Assembly: GCF_009914755.1 (NCBI RefSeq)
Contig: NC_060942.1
Reading direction: 5' to 3' (one strand)
Source of the DNA: the human T2T-CHM13v2.0 reference genome, Homo sapiens
DNA length: 64,000 nt
A program made the position numbers and the translations under genes. Shown here one piece after another: positions 41,340 through 57,742 of the stretch (position 1 is its first letter; every line of letters begins with the position of its first letter). A model generated the notes under the pieces. That model ran no database searches. It saw only the letters and a program-made list of their open reading frames with translations, and had not been told where the DNA came from.

Positions 41340-42838
41340 GACGATCTTCAATTGGTCTGTCAGCTACAAAGTTCAAAGCAAATGTGCATCCAGCCTTCCT
41401 GTGTTTCTGTGGGCTTTGCTCCGTGCTTTCACTGGCTTTATCTCAAGCCTATCCGGCAATTATTTTTGGCTCATTCAATAAACAGCTTTCAGTCAATTTC
41501 TTCTGTTTTGAATGCTTAAAGTAGGGCTCATTCTCATGTACTATAGTATTCAGAATATTATTGGAATTATTATTCTGATCAGACTCGGTCAATTAAAAAT
41601 TGGCCAGCTATTAGATGGAGTGTGATGTTGGATGGGGGCTGCGGCATTCTAGAGGGGTCAACACAGGCCTTGCTTTTGAGGGTCTCACAGCACCAGGAGG
41701 GTGTAATAGACAGAATCATGGTCCCCACAAGGAGGCTGCACATCCTAATTCCCGGAAACCATGACTATGTTGCTTTACACAGCATCAGGTACTGATAAGT
41801 AAAGGGTCCTGATGTAGGGACAGTTTTTTGAAATATTTGGGTGGGTCCAATGTCCTCCAAAGGGTCCTTCTAAGGAAACAGGGAGATGGGAAAGCCAGAG
41901 AAGGAGCTGAGACAACAGAAGCAGGGGTCCAAGGGAGGGAGGCGCGGAGGTGGTGTGCTTCTGGCACTGAGGGTTGGGGAGGGGGCCGTGGGTGAAGGAG
42001 GGCAGGCAACCCCCAGGAGCTGGAGAATGCAAGGACACAGATGCCCCCTTGCAGCATGTGGAAGGAACGCAATCCTGCCACCACCTTGGTTTCAGCCCAG
42101 AAGACCCACTTTAGACTCCTCCAGGACCGTAAGGGCATAACCTGCATTGTTTTACGTCATGACGTTTGTGGTAGTTTGCAACAGCAGCCATAAGAAACCA
42201 TATAGAGGAAGAGGGACATAGAGAGGATGTGGAACGAGCCTGAGTGCCCCACATGCCTGCCCCGAGCCTGAGTGCACCTGCCCCGGGCCCAGGTGCAGCA
42301 ACCTATCCCCAGCTACCTGTCCCCAGCTACCAGCAGGGGCCTCTGACCTTGGCTTCCAAGTGCAGCGCAGACAGCCTCGGCCAGGGTTCTCCTCACCCCC
42401 ACTGCTTACCACCAATCCTTAAAGACTCTGGACACATGAAACATTGTGTAAATTCTAGGACAGTATTTTTCAGATGTGGGATCTGAGAAGCAACTCCTCA
42501 GTAGGGAACCCACTTAGAATTCTTTACCGAGGTGACCAGATAGGCCACACACAGCACCCACGAACAGGAAACTGGGCTAAGGATAAAAAGATTTGTTAAC
42601 AAGAAATACTTTCCAGTAATATTCTGAATACTATAGTACATGAGGATGAGCCCTACATCAAGCATTCAAAACAGAAGAAATTGACTGAAAGCCATTCACT
42701 GAATGAGCCAAAAATAATTGTCCAATAGGCTTGGGATAAAGCCTGTGAAAGCATGGAGCAAAGCCCGCAGAAAACACGGGAAGCCTGGATGCACATTTGC
42801 TTTCAACTTTGTAGCTAACAGACCAGTTGAAGTTCGTC
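41340..42838. repeat. Inverted repeat IR2: arms 41340-41566 and 42611-42838
   Basis: Manual alignment gives ~21 substitutions and 1 indel in ~228 bp, with perfect blocks of 33 and 28 bp; 1044-bp spacer. Confidence 0.96.
41702..42204 (+). mobile_element. MLT1D-like MaLR LTR within the IR2 spacer
   Basis: tgtaatagacagaatcatggtcccc...cacatcctaattccc start; gtggtagtttgcaacagcagccataagaaac end. Confidence 0.8.
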
Positions 42839-43870
42839 CTCCCTGTCCTGCACCCTACTTAGAAAGAGACCAAAAAGGAGGTAAAATCCTGTCCCCCAAG
42901 GTCAGAGGAGTAGAGACTCCCAGTGGCTCAGAGCATAACCATCGTTCAGCCAGATTCTTCACTTGGCAAAGAGATACAAGACTTGATTTACTTTGGCGTT
43001 TGTGATGGGGACTGTGGCCACAGGAAAGAGGACCAGGGATTGTTGGGTTGAACTCTACACATCATTTATCCAACAAGCTCTGAGCACCAGTGCACCAGGT
43101 GCTATGCCAGGTAATGAGATACAATGGTGCAAGAAGCAGTTCTGGGCCGTCCAGGACTCCACCATATGGAGTAGAGGGGAAGGAAGTGAAGCACCCACAA
43201 AGGTGTAAGTAATTACTTATAACAGAAAGTGTGGCAGAATAACTTGAGACTCCATGGGACATACTTAGTGAGCAACTGGTGGTCTTGTCTTGCTCAGCAG
43301 ACTGCTTGGCTGGAATGTGCAAGTTGACAAAGCTTTGAGGATCTTGGGGAGAAAATGGTTGCTTCTGCTTAAGAGGAGATTTGGAGGGTTAGAGAGGGAA
43401 ATAATAGGAATTAAACAGCTGCCCTAGGGAAAAGTATCTTGGAGAAAGAACAGAAACATTTTTAAAGGGATTTTAGAAATTCATGTGGTTTGCAATATAA
43501 TATCCTTCTCCATCTTTTCAGACATATTCATAAAATTGACATTACTTTTCCATGCTTCTGGAGTTGGTAGAGGGAGTTTTGAGTTGCAAGGATATGCTAA
43601 GTCTATCAGTTAAGATTCTGCTTAGCCTATGTATAACAGAACTATCCAAAATAATAGTAGCTTAAATGACATGTGTATTCCTCTCTCATGTAAAGGCAGT
43701 CCAAGGCTGATATGGCAGGTCCGTGATAAGATCCAGGCTCCTTCCAGTTTTCCGCTTCACTATCTAAGCAGTGGCTTCCACACTTAAGGAAACCTCTTTA
43801 TCCATCATGGCTGCTGGAGCTTCAGTCATCACATCTGCCTTCCAGGCAGCTAGAAAGAAGGAGGAAGGGT

Positions 43871-44266
<396 letters not shown>

Positions 44267-45059
44267 TTAAGGAAAAAGAGAATGGCCACTGAAGGCCAAC
44301 TGAACAGTCTCTGCTTCACTTAGTCCAACCTATAAATGGGAGTGGAGTAAAAACAAGAGGGGCAGCCCAAAAATCCCCATGTGAGTTACAAATGTGACAA
44401 AGCTTCAGTGACGAGATACATAAATGCAGTTGGAGCTGACTCGGACTGCATGGGCTCTGAGAGGCTTCCTAGAGGAAAGTATGCAGTATTTGAACTGAGC
44501 CTTGAGGCATGTATGAGAGGCCACCAGGTGAAAGGGGAATGGCATTCCGGTAGAGAAACAACCAAAGAACAGAAGCTGAGTGGCACTTTTCAAACTCTCA
44601 CACCCTGGGCTCTTCTTATTCCATTTCTGTCCTGGCTGGGTTTCCTGCAGGGGAAGCCTGCAGCCCAGCCCTCTGCAAGTGGCTCTCGGAAGTCACCAGC
44701 AGCCTGCTTATCTCCAAAGCCCGAGACCAAGCCCCAGGCCTCGCCCGCACTGCAGAGCCTCTGCAGGATTAAGCCTGCATGCCATCCTCTGGCTCTCCTC
44801 CCATCTCCATTGCTGCTGCCTCTCCTTCTGAAGAGGGAATAACACTGTTTACAACAGCACCCCCAGCCACATCTGGAAACCTGTCCCCAAACGGCCAGCA
44901 TGGAGGATTTGAATCAGCCTGCTCCATGAACCCGCGGACCCGGGCTGCCAAAGTCTTCTCACTTCCAAAGATGTGTCTCTATGTGTGTATGAACTTCATA
45001 GGACCAAGTTCTTTTCAAGAAACACTCTAGTTCAAGAACATAAATCTAAGTGTGTGTGT

Positions 45060-45240
45060 AAATGAGGCCATGGATATGCTGGTTAGCTTGATTTAATCAT
45101 GCCACATTGTATACATATTTCAAAACATCACATTGTATACATGTATCAAAACCATGTATCAAAACATTACATTGTATACATGTATCAAAACATGAATATA
45201 ACATAATGTATACAATTATGATTTGTCAATCAGAAATTTA
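45060..45240 (+). mobile_element. L1MA-type 3' end with internal tandem duplications
   Basis: ttagcttgatttaatcat...cacattgtatacat(a/g)t(t/a)tcaaaac repeated ~3 times, then ttatgatttgtcaat. Confidence 0.75.
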
Positions 45241-45550
<310 letters not shown>

Positions 45551-45792
45551 CAGAAATTTTAAAAATTAATTAAAAATAATAAATAAATTCATAGAGATCA
45601 TGAGGAACTACATTCCTGAGACTAGAAGAAAGAACACAGGCCTATCAGTAAAAACTTCTTCCTATTTCTTGGCTCTTTGCACATATTACTTAGGGTGTCC
45701 GGCCAAGACTTTGCACCATTTTTCCTTCCATGCTCTTTCTCCTGTTGATTGATTTCAATGTTTTATGTATTCTGCATAGAATCTATTATCAT

Positions 45793-46122
<330 letters not shown>

Positions 46123-46387
46123 CTACTCTGTGGCTTGCCAAATCACTCTTACTGGTCATTTTTGAACATATAAGTGGTTGATTTTAATATAGCTCAATTT
46201 ATCAAACGTTTCCTTTATGATTAGTATACTTAATGTCCTATTTAATATATCTTTTAGTACTCAATACAGGTATCGGCCTACAAAAACAAAAACCAGTCAT
46301 CTTCAGAAGAAACCTGTGCAATAACATTTGTCTGTCCATAGCTGAGGGATGGAGAAGTATTAGCATCTCTCTTCTCTAATCAGCACA

Positions 46388-47500
<1,113 letters not shown>

Positions 47501-48379
47501 TTCATATGCCCAACACTGGCTATGCCAGTGAGGATTAGGTGTAGGTCCTAGGTGGCTTATCTAATCAGCAATTTAAAAAAGTTGTTATTTCGTCATTTTC
47601 AGAGGTCAACTAGAGGAATATGAATTTAATCTATACCACTTGTATTCTTCTTCTATTTTTTTCTAAAAAATATGAAGTTTTCCTCTCATTTTGAGAACTT
47701 TTTCTCAAATCAAATCAAATACATATCTGTCATCACCATGGAGGAAAGGTAAGAAAATGACTTCCATTGAGAAACAATTTTGCAACAACCCTGGACTTTT
47801 CTTATTGACTAAACATTTTGTCTCTTTTCCAGGAAAGGAATGGCAAGGTTTGCTTCTATCTGCATGTTTGGCAGCCTATTTCTGTGTGGTACCCTTAGTC
47901 CCCAAGAATAAGCCATCAGAAGACCTGCATAGCTACAATCGGCATTCATGGCATTGGTCACTCCTCATTCTAAAAATGCCAGTGTTGTTTTCTCTCCCAC
48001 TGCCTCACACCAGGCACACTCTCCATTTCTCAAGGCAGGTAATAAATACACAATTATGGCTTAAATATAATTGAGAAAATCAAGAAAATGAATATGCTGC
48101 CTAGGTTTACAACTCGAAGACTTCTATTCATGCTGGAAGAGGAGAGAAAAAAATGAAAAACAACAACAACACAGAGATTACAGGCATGTGCCTAAGTCGA
48201 ATTTAACAATCCCTCCCTCACCACCACCTACTTGGGAGTGGTATAAATAGGGCATTCTCTTTTGCTGTCTAGGACTGCTTGATTTTTCTTTGAACCATAG
48301 AGATGAAGTATCAGTAATGAGACAGTTCTTGCACCATATAGATCAAGAACCTTCTCATTTGGAATCAAATATCATCTGG

Positions 48380-48706
48380 CAACTGCCTGTTAGAACCCAG
48401 TGCCTTCCATGTGAAGCCCAATCCTCATGATGAGATCACATGCAGGTGCTCAGGCGACGCTCCCAGGTGAGCTAAACTTTAAGTCATCTCAGGCCAGGGA
48501 GCAGCCCTGGCAGGGAAGAAGCCATCTTGGAAGTGGATCCTCCTGTCTCATCTGTTCTAGACTCAGATATAGAAGGAGGGCTTCCCCACTGCAGGCTTTC
48601 CAAACTCTGACTCCAGAATCCGTGAGCATAATAAAAAACGGTTGCTTTTATGTCACTAAGTTTGGGTGATTTTTTTACAAAGCAGTAGCAACTATGACAA
48701 ACTGAC
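48380..48706 (+). mobile_element. Old MLT1 (G/H/I-like) LTR fragment
   Basis: gccatcttggaagtggatcctcc...gtcactaagtttgggtgattttttacaaagcagtagcaactatgaca. Confidence 0.7.
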
Positions 48707-48760
48707 ACATTTACAATATTATGTCTTCAAATACACAGACATTGCAGGTCTTCACACTAA

Positions 48761-49065
<305 letters not shown>

Positions 49066-50969
49066 CCTTTCTATCCTTTTTTAAAATTATGTAATTTTCT
49101 GCAGAAAGGATATACACACCTTATGTTAAATTTATTGCTACTTTATTTTGTTCTTGTTGTTACTGTTATAAATGGCAACTCTTTCAATTACATTTTCTAA
49201 CCACTTGTTGCTTCCAGCAAAACTGCTGCATTTAATACAATTAATTGGTTCTTTTTGTTTTTTAATTTGGGGTTTTGTTTTAAATGTATCCATCCTAATT
49301 GAAACTATGTACTCTTTGACCAGTATCTCCCCATACCCCCAGCCCTCATAACCACCACTTTATTCTCTGCTTCTCAGAGTTTGACTTCTTTAGATTCCAC
49401 ATGAAAGCGAGGTCGTGCAGTATTTGTCTTTCTGTGTCTGGCTTATTTCACTTAGTGTAATGTCTTCCAGGTTCATCCAGTGAGTTTTCTGAAAACAAAT
49501 TCTTTTTGTTTTCCACTTAGACAATCATATGATCCAAAAAATAATGACAGTTTTCTTTCTTTCTTCTCGTACTTAAACTTTGATTTCTTTTTCTTATGTT
49601 GCTGCATTGGCTAGGACTTTCATCCAGGGTGGTGAGGATTTCTCCCCACTGTGGCATTTTTGTTTTCTATTTGCTTTGCTTCGTATTTGGCTCCTTTCTT
49701 CATCATTTCCTTTTTTAAAATTGAATTTATCAAGGTTTCTTTAGTTTTCCTCTTTCTCTCTTTGTTAGACAGTTACAGTTTCGATTTCTATTTTAACACA
49801 CATACCTAATCTTAAAACCTCTAAATGTTAACCCCATACTTACCTGCCCCTATGGGCAGGCTCAACATTCCAGAATATTCTGTCCAGATAGCTCTGGATC
49901 AAACTGCTCTGGATGAAAAGACATCAGGAATAGCAGCCTTTTCCAGTTCAGAGGTTCTGGTTTCTGGGGCTTCTTCCCAAGCTGTCATGCTAAAAAAAAG
50001 GCTTAAGACAATTTAGCATATATTAATTATTGTATGTGATTCATTATTCAACACTGATTCCACCCAGGATTATTGATAAGGTGTATGTCACACCTGTTTC
50101 TCTCTTTCCTACTCAATGGTCACAACACCTGCCTACACCTGGGTGGCAGGTATTGGCGCCTAGTGAGTCGCCGCCAGATTCCCAGCTTCAAATGGCATCT
50201 AGCAAGCAGCCCACGACCCATCTTCCAATTTTCCACTACAATCCTGGGGAGTATGAGCACTCCTATTGCCAATCTCCTTAGCTAAACTTAAATAAACACA
50301 ACTCACATTTCCCTAAAATGGCATCCAAGTGGTCAGAACCATTTGCATATTTCTTGATGAAACAGAAGACATACAAGCCGTGAAAAGGATGGAATTTTAA
50401 TTTTGATAATGGGTGACAGCTTGGCTTCTCTCCCAATGTGGTCTAGTTTACTTAGATTTTCCTAGTTAAGCTAAAAGTCTTTCCCTCCCTTTGGAGAATA
50501 GGTCTCCCTTGAATACTCTGGAATTCATTTCCTCTCACTCAAAATTAAAGCTAATGAAAATTTCTATTATTTTCTTTAAAAAAGAAAAAAAAACCCACTC
50601 CCTCAGAATGTCTTCACTCCACATTCCCTCCTACTTCCCACATCATTTTTTATTATCTTAGTTCCATTCTTGTTTCCCTAAATCAGTCATTTTTAAGAGC
50701 TAAAACTTATCTAGGTTTCCTACCTTATGCTATTGACTTCTTTTCTTCCTGTGTGCCTCTCTCACTCACTGCTCCCAGAAACCAATCCCATTCTTGGATA
50801 TACCCGTTGGTCATTCTTTCACAGAGGGCATGGCCTGGCAAACATCTTAGACTGCAAATGTCTTTATTTCACCCTCACTCTTGAAGGATAAGCTAGCTGA
50901 GTACACAATTCGAGGATGAAAGCTATTTTGTCTCATTAAAAAAAAAATGTTATTTGCTGGTGTTTAATA

Positions 50970-51333
50970 TAGGTTGAGCATCTTTAAGCCAAGAATCTGA
51001 AATGCTCCAAAACCTGAAACTTATGTGTGCAGACATGACGCTCAAAGAAACCCTCACTGGAGGATTTTGGCTTTTTTTTTTTTTTTTTGAGACGGAGTCT
51101 CGCTCTGTCGCCCAGACTGGGTTGCAGTGGCATGATCTCGGCTCACTGTAAGCTCTGCCTCCCGGGTTCACGCCATTCTCCTGCCTCAGCGTCCTGAGTA
51201 GCTGGGACCACAGGTGCCCGCCACCACGCCTGCTCAATGCGTAAGTATAATGCAAATATTCCAAAATCCAAAAAAAGTCAGGATCTGAAACCATTCTGGT
51301 GCCAAGCATTGTGGGTAAGGGATACTCAGCCTG
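50970..51333 (+). mobile_element. Tigger4a/MER46A-like TcMar MITE
   Basis: TIRs (t)aggttgagcatc...gatactcagcctg, TA flanks, internal gaaatgctccaaaa and gtaagtataatgcaaatattccaaaatcc. Confidence 0.85.
51072..51232 (-). mobile_element. AluY right monomer inserted in Tigger4a
   Basis: Y diagnostics aagctctgcctcccgggttcacgccattctc; truncated before the linker. Confidence 0.92.
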
Positions 51334-51528
51334 TATTGTCGATGAGAAATCTGGTATTACTCTAATTGTCATTCCGTGGTAAGAGATGTGCCATTTTTCT
51401 CTGAAGTTTATCTTTGATATTTAATAGTTATGATGAGTCTAAGTGTGAGGTTGCTTCTGTTTTTCCTGATTCGGACCTCACATGCTTTTCGACATGAAGA
51501 CTTAAGTCTTTCTGAAATTTTAAAACAT

Positions 51529-51858
<330 letters not shown>

Positions 51859-53239
51859 TTAGCCTTTATTTTTTCAAATACTTTGTCTTTCCCATTCTCT
51901 GCATGCCTTCCCTCTGAAGGAAGTTCTATGGGTTCGATTATGTCTAAGCCAGTTTACATTTCCTCTGGGCATGTGTTGGAAGTTTTCCTTTCGTGTCCCA
52001 TGCTGTTCTGTGTCCCTCCTGCGGTTCCCTCTGCCGCGTCCTGTCCCATGTTCCTGGTAGCTTCTGCAGACCTGCCTTCCCACTCGCACATGCTTTCAGT
52101 CGCGGCTGGTTTACTGTGCAGTGCATCAGTTGAGTTTTCATGATCACAACTGCATTTCTTAATAGAATTCCTACTCGTTCCTTTTTAATTTTGCCTGTAC
52201 TTTTTTCATCCCCTCTCCTGAGACTTCAAGCACAGTTTTGTTGACATCTCTTCCAGATCCTTCCAGGGTGTGCTTTATTCTCATTGCTACATCCAGCCAC
52301 TGGCACCAGGCAGTTTGTTCCCCACGTGATGTGTAATACTTGGCTTCAGTGTGAGCTAGTTCCATATGTAGACACACACCTGCCCTGGGGCGTGGGACAT
52401 CCGCAGAGCCCCCAGGTTTCCTCATCTCTGGGCCAGTTTCCTGTGTTCTTTTCTCAGCTTATAGGCAGTGTGAATTCAGAGCCCGCACCTTCAACTGGCC
52501 CAGGATTCTGCCAATGCTTTTTCCACTCCTGGCGTGGAGGGGATGCCTCTGAGCTGTGTCCCCCGTCAGATGGGTGGATTTTTCTAACTCCCAGATCACA
52601 GTTGGGGCGATCCTCCTGGCTCCCTCATGAATGACAAATCCCAGCTCTGTGTGGAGTGTGGGGCATGAGGCAGGGGACAGAGGACAGCTGTGGGCTCAAC
52701 TCCTTCCTCCAGGCAGGTGGAGGCAGAGCTCTGAGCGCTTCACAGTCCACCGAGTTCCCATCTTGGTTCTCAGCTGTGGCTTGGAGTTGCCTTCATTCTG
52801 GTGCTAGAGAATTTCAAGCGAGGATCTGAATTTCCAAATGTTTTGTTACTTTATGGAGCATATTTATGTGTTTGGAGCAGGGCCACTCTGTGAGCGGTTG
52901 ATCTCCCTACCAGCTCCGTTCACCATGGGGGTTATGGGGGCAGAATTGGAATTCTCAATTCATAATATAACCAAGTTGAGCTTGAAAGGAAAACCCAAGG
53001 ACGTTATGTCCTGGTGCTAGCAGTGGGCGCTTCGAGTCTGAGAGCTGTTGCGGTTCCCTGGACCGTGGAAGGGGTAATCTCTGCCTCTCCTTCCATTTTT
53101 AGGATCCAGCCTTGTGCCTAGCCCCTCCTGGGTGCCCACACAGCAGACAGCTGCCCCTTGCTCATGCTTTACAGACGTTGTCTCTAATTCTCATAACTTT
53201 TTGAAGTAGATATGTTATGGCTTTTGTTCCTTTTTAAAA

Positions 53240-53470
53240 TTTACCATTTTGTGCTAAAATACATTTGAAATAAAATATACCATTGTAACCATTTTTAAGT
53301 GTACATTTCAGGATGGAATACATTCATGCCATTGTGCAACCTTCACCACCGCCCATCTCCAGAACTCTCTTCATCCTGCAAAACTGAAACTCGGCCCCGG
53401 GTGCCCACCCCCTCCCCGCCCTGGCATCCACCCTCTACTTTCTGTCTCTCTGATCTTGACTGGAAGTAGG
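53240..53470 (-). mobile_element. L1MB 3' end fragment
   Basis: aaccatttttaagtgtaca...ccatctccagaactctcttcatcctgcaaaactgaaactc...tctactttctgtctct. Confidence 0.75.
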
Positions 53471-55256
53471 TATGTACTTAGTCCGCATTTTAAAGTGCAG
53501 AGCCTGGGACCCAGTGAGACGGAGTCACGTGCCTGTGGTCACTCGATAGAAAATGGCAAAGCTGGGCATCCCACCCGAGGTCTGTGTCCACAGCTCCTGC
53601 CTTGGCGGCCACTACACTGTGGCTTCTTTCAAGTGAGTGCTGAGGAGGAAAGGGGATTACGCTGCACAACCTCAGTGGTGAGATGAGATGAACGGGTGGA
53701 AACTAAACGTAAGGAATGTAAGGGATGGGTGAAAAGACGCCAGTGAGCCTCCTGGAAGGGCAGCAAGTTCCCAGACATTCGAAGAATCAAGGTCCTGAAA
53801 GGATGACCCAGCAGGGACAGGGCAGAGGGGACCCTGCCACAGCTGAGCGATGGCCTAGATGCTCGTTCTGGGTGCTGTCCCTTCTGGGACTCTAGCGAAA
53901 CTGTTTTCCTCTCTATTCAGAGTCTGCCATTCATTGGACTATAATGCCCCATTTCATCTGATTGATGACCCAAATAGCTTCAAGTAGCTCTCCGCGGGTG
54001 GCCAGCCGCCCTGGAGGGTGTCCAGTTACAGGAGCTGAGCACACTGGACGCCTTTTCTCTTCCACAGTGGGCAATGCACGGTGGGTCCCCCCTTGTCAGG
54101 ATTAATGAGAGCTTTGGTTGCAGGGCCCCCCCGCCTGTTGCCACGTGACAGTCTCACAAGCTCACCCGGGAAGAGAGGAGAGAAGCCCATCAGGTCACTG
54201 AAGTGGGCAGTAGAACCCAGGAGAGGAAGAAAGAAAGGAGAGAGGGGGGAAGTGGATGCAGAGACAGAGCCATTGAAAGTGTTTTCCAACAATGGACTTG
54301 GATCGGCTTCCCCTGCCCCTGCAGCAGGGAGCTCGCTGTGCCTGCACTGCTGCAGTACTGACAAATTCATCCCTGTCCAAGGAGAGTGAAGTGAAGGTCC
54401 GTGAGGCGAGACCTGCTGGCACTCAGGGTACGTGGGGCCTGGCCCCATGTCCAAGTGCTCCCTCCTTACTGAGGAGTTGGGTTGCCAGGTGCAGCGGCAG
54501 TTTCTCTAAGCCACGTTCAGAGCTGAGTTACTGGGTTCTGTGTGAGAAGGGAGCCCACGCCCGAGCCTGTGGAACAGGTCTCGGCTGGAGCAGGTGGTCT
54601 GTGCCCCTCCTCACCCCACCTGTCCTGGCTTGCTCTCACCTCGGCTTTCTGGCCTTCCCAGGGCCCTGGTCTCATCCTCACCCTAAAGCAGGCCCCTCCA
54701 CCTGAGGCGCCTTCGCACTGAGATGCCCGCTGATCTTCCCAGGACCCTCATCTCCGTGGCTCTAAGCTGTTCACCTTCACCCTGGACCCCCAGGAGGGCA
54801 GTGGATGAAGGACAAAGAGCAACAACTCTGCTGCCAGCACCAAAAAGCCCTCTGCTGACTCCCTCAAGTCCTCTTTTGCAGATACCTACAAAGGGCCTTG
54901 AAAGAAAAAAGAACTAGAATTACGAACAAATCTCTGATGTGGTGGCTGCTTTCATTCTAGTCCCATCGCCCCTGAAGACAGTTGGGAAGGACCTGCTTTT
55001 CCCCTGTAGCCCTGGGGGACACCTGCCCTAACAGCCCTGGTCCTCAGCTCCCAGATGGGATGGCTGGAAGTGGTGTGGCTCCAGGCCATCTTCTCTCTGC
55101 ATAGGCATGGGTTTTCAAACACAACCCTGGTGCCATGCGTGCAAAGGGAAGGCGATCTGCCATCCTGTGGTTTTTGTCTTAGGAAGGTCCTCCCCACTGG
55201 AGTGAGCATAAGGATTCAAGGATTAACAGGGGGAAGAGGATATGAAGCCCCGATAG

Positions 55257-55665
<409 letters not shown>

Positions 55666-57650
55666 TCCTTCTGCTCATTTAGCCTAAGCTGTCTGCATTC
55701 CAATCAGCTCTCCTGTGTCACGCTGATCAAAGTGCTGGCACAGACTAGAAGGAATGAGAACAAAGTGAACACCCATGGTTCCAAAGACGGGAGCAGCACA
55801 GCATAACTGATGTCAGCACTGTTTGGCTTGGGGGGAAGCGAAAACGAGAGACAAACAAAGCATCTTCATGTTCTGTTTTATAACCAAGGGGGTGCGCCTG
55901 ATCTGGGACAGGTCATAGTCTTGAAAGAAATCATTTCTGGGTCACAGATTTTCCTAAAGAATGGCCCAGGTCACCTGAGTTACACCAGGAGGTACTCGAG
56001 CTCAGGGACAGTGTCTCCTTGCCTTTGTCACCCAGAGCTAGGAGGCACCTGGACTTAGCGGTTGTTCACAGAGAGGGTGGCCTCAGCACAGTGCAGCAGG
56101 GGCCTCGGTGCTCCACAGACACTGAGAAACAGAGAGGCTGCAGCACAGGCCTCTCGGGCTCTGCGTGTTGTTTGACGCAAGTCCACCTTAGAAATGCCAG
56201 AAAGAGAAGACAGGAGAGAGGTGGAGGGAGGGTGCAGAGATGGAGCCTTTGAAGGTGTTTCAAAGACAGAGCCTCATGGATGCCAGAGCAGGATTGAGAT
56301 TGAAATTCATGGAAGTTAAATTTACGGAAGCTCTTGGCAGGCTGTTGAGGGGTGTTTGGGGGAAGCAGCTTCTGTAAATGTTGGTTTTAAGTATTGCTTG
56401 TGCCATTCAGAGCACGGTGGGCAGTGGAGGCCCATCATTCTGGGACCTGGTCGGGTGGAGCATCAGCGCATCCAGACTTTTCCCCTCCAAGGTGCAATTT
56501 TATTTTTTTCAAGTATAGACAACATTCTGAAATACTCACAAAGCACTCCTAGGCAAAGTCCTGTGTCTTCGTGGGTCACACTCATTTGTAATACACAGGG
56601 CCTGGCTGAAGCTCTGCAGACTGGGCTAAACCCCTGCTATTGGTGAAAATTCCCTTCCAATGATGCACATTGTTACACTAAAGCCCTCAAATATCATTCT
56701 TCTCCGTAGGGTCCTAGCGGCTCTACCATGTTTTTCTTCTGTGACCCTCGCAGCCTCGCCTGCTCTCTTCCCCTGATTCCAGTCATTTGTCTTGGGCGGG
56801 AGACACGCGTCACACCAGGGCCCTCTCTGCTGTTGTCTTTGGTGTCTGGCCACAGGGCTGCTTTCTAGATGCTACAGCCCCTGTGCTGAGCCAGAGGGCG
56901 GACAGTTTCCCACCAAGTCCTGTTCACACTGCAAGAATCTCCCAGAATATCTCAGCCTTGGAGCCATGCCAACCCTCCTCATGTGAGGGCTCACTTCAAG
57001 TGAATCCCCAGGGCAGACCTGAGCCAGAGCTATGGGCAGAGGGGGCAGCTGGGAGGCAGGGCCCCGGTGTCCAGCACCCCCATGTCAGAGCCGAATCCGG
57101 GCTGGGTGCATCTCCTCACTGCCTTGCTCCTCCCACAATGGCTGCAGTACTTAGTTTGGGTTGAATTAATAATTCTAATATAATCGTGTCGTGTAAGGAG
57201 AGTAACTGTCCATGTAGCCATGGAAATAAGTTTATAGTGGTCACCCCTAAATAGGAAAGTCAAGCCCTGTGAATGTTCACAGCATTTTTCTGAGCGGTAA
57301 TCATCAAAGCATCATCCTCTATCAATTACAGACTGCTCTAGTTAGAAAAACACCATCACACAATCCCTCCATAAACACTCATTTGAGCACCAACTATATG
57401 CCAGGCACTGTGTGTGGTGCTAAGGATTCAGGAACAAATAAACCTTAGTCTCAGGCACTGAGTGCACTGTGCCCAGTGCTTCTGAGAGTTGACCACATCT
57501 GACCCACAAACAGGGAAACCAAGGCACGCATGCACTAGGTAGTGATGATGTGGCATGAACCACCTGTGCCCTTCAGTACTATGCATTGTTGCCTCCAGAT
57601 CCTTATGAAGTTTGAGGGCATTTGATCCTACTTAATAAAGCAAAAACCAA

Positions 57651-57742
57651 CAAAATACAGAGCTCAGAAAGAGCTCTGAAACTCAGGAGTCTGTGTTTCT
57701 GCAAAATACAGAGCTCAGAAACACAGGAGTCTGCGTTTCTGC
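57651..57742. repeat. Imperfect two-copy tandem duplication (51 and 41 bp)
   Basis: CAAAATACAGAGCTCAGAAA...CAGGAGTCTG(T/C)GTTTCTG twice; copy 1 has an extra internal GAGCTCTGAAA. Confidence 0.85.

Noticed and set aside
40934-41524. ORFs with a 26-aa internal repeat
   Set aside because: A consequence of the 78-bp duplication appearing in several frames; no coding evidence.
41340-42838. IR2 as terminal inverted repeats of a new DNA transposon
   Set aside because: No TSD, no transposase remnant and no recognisable TIR terminus. Not fully excluded without a genome-wide copy search.
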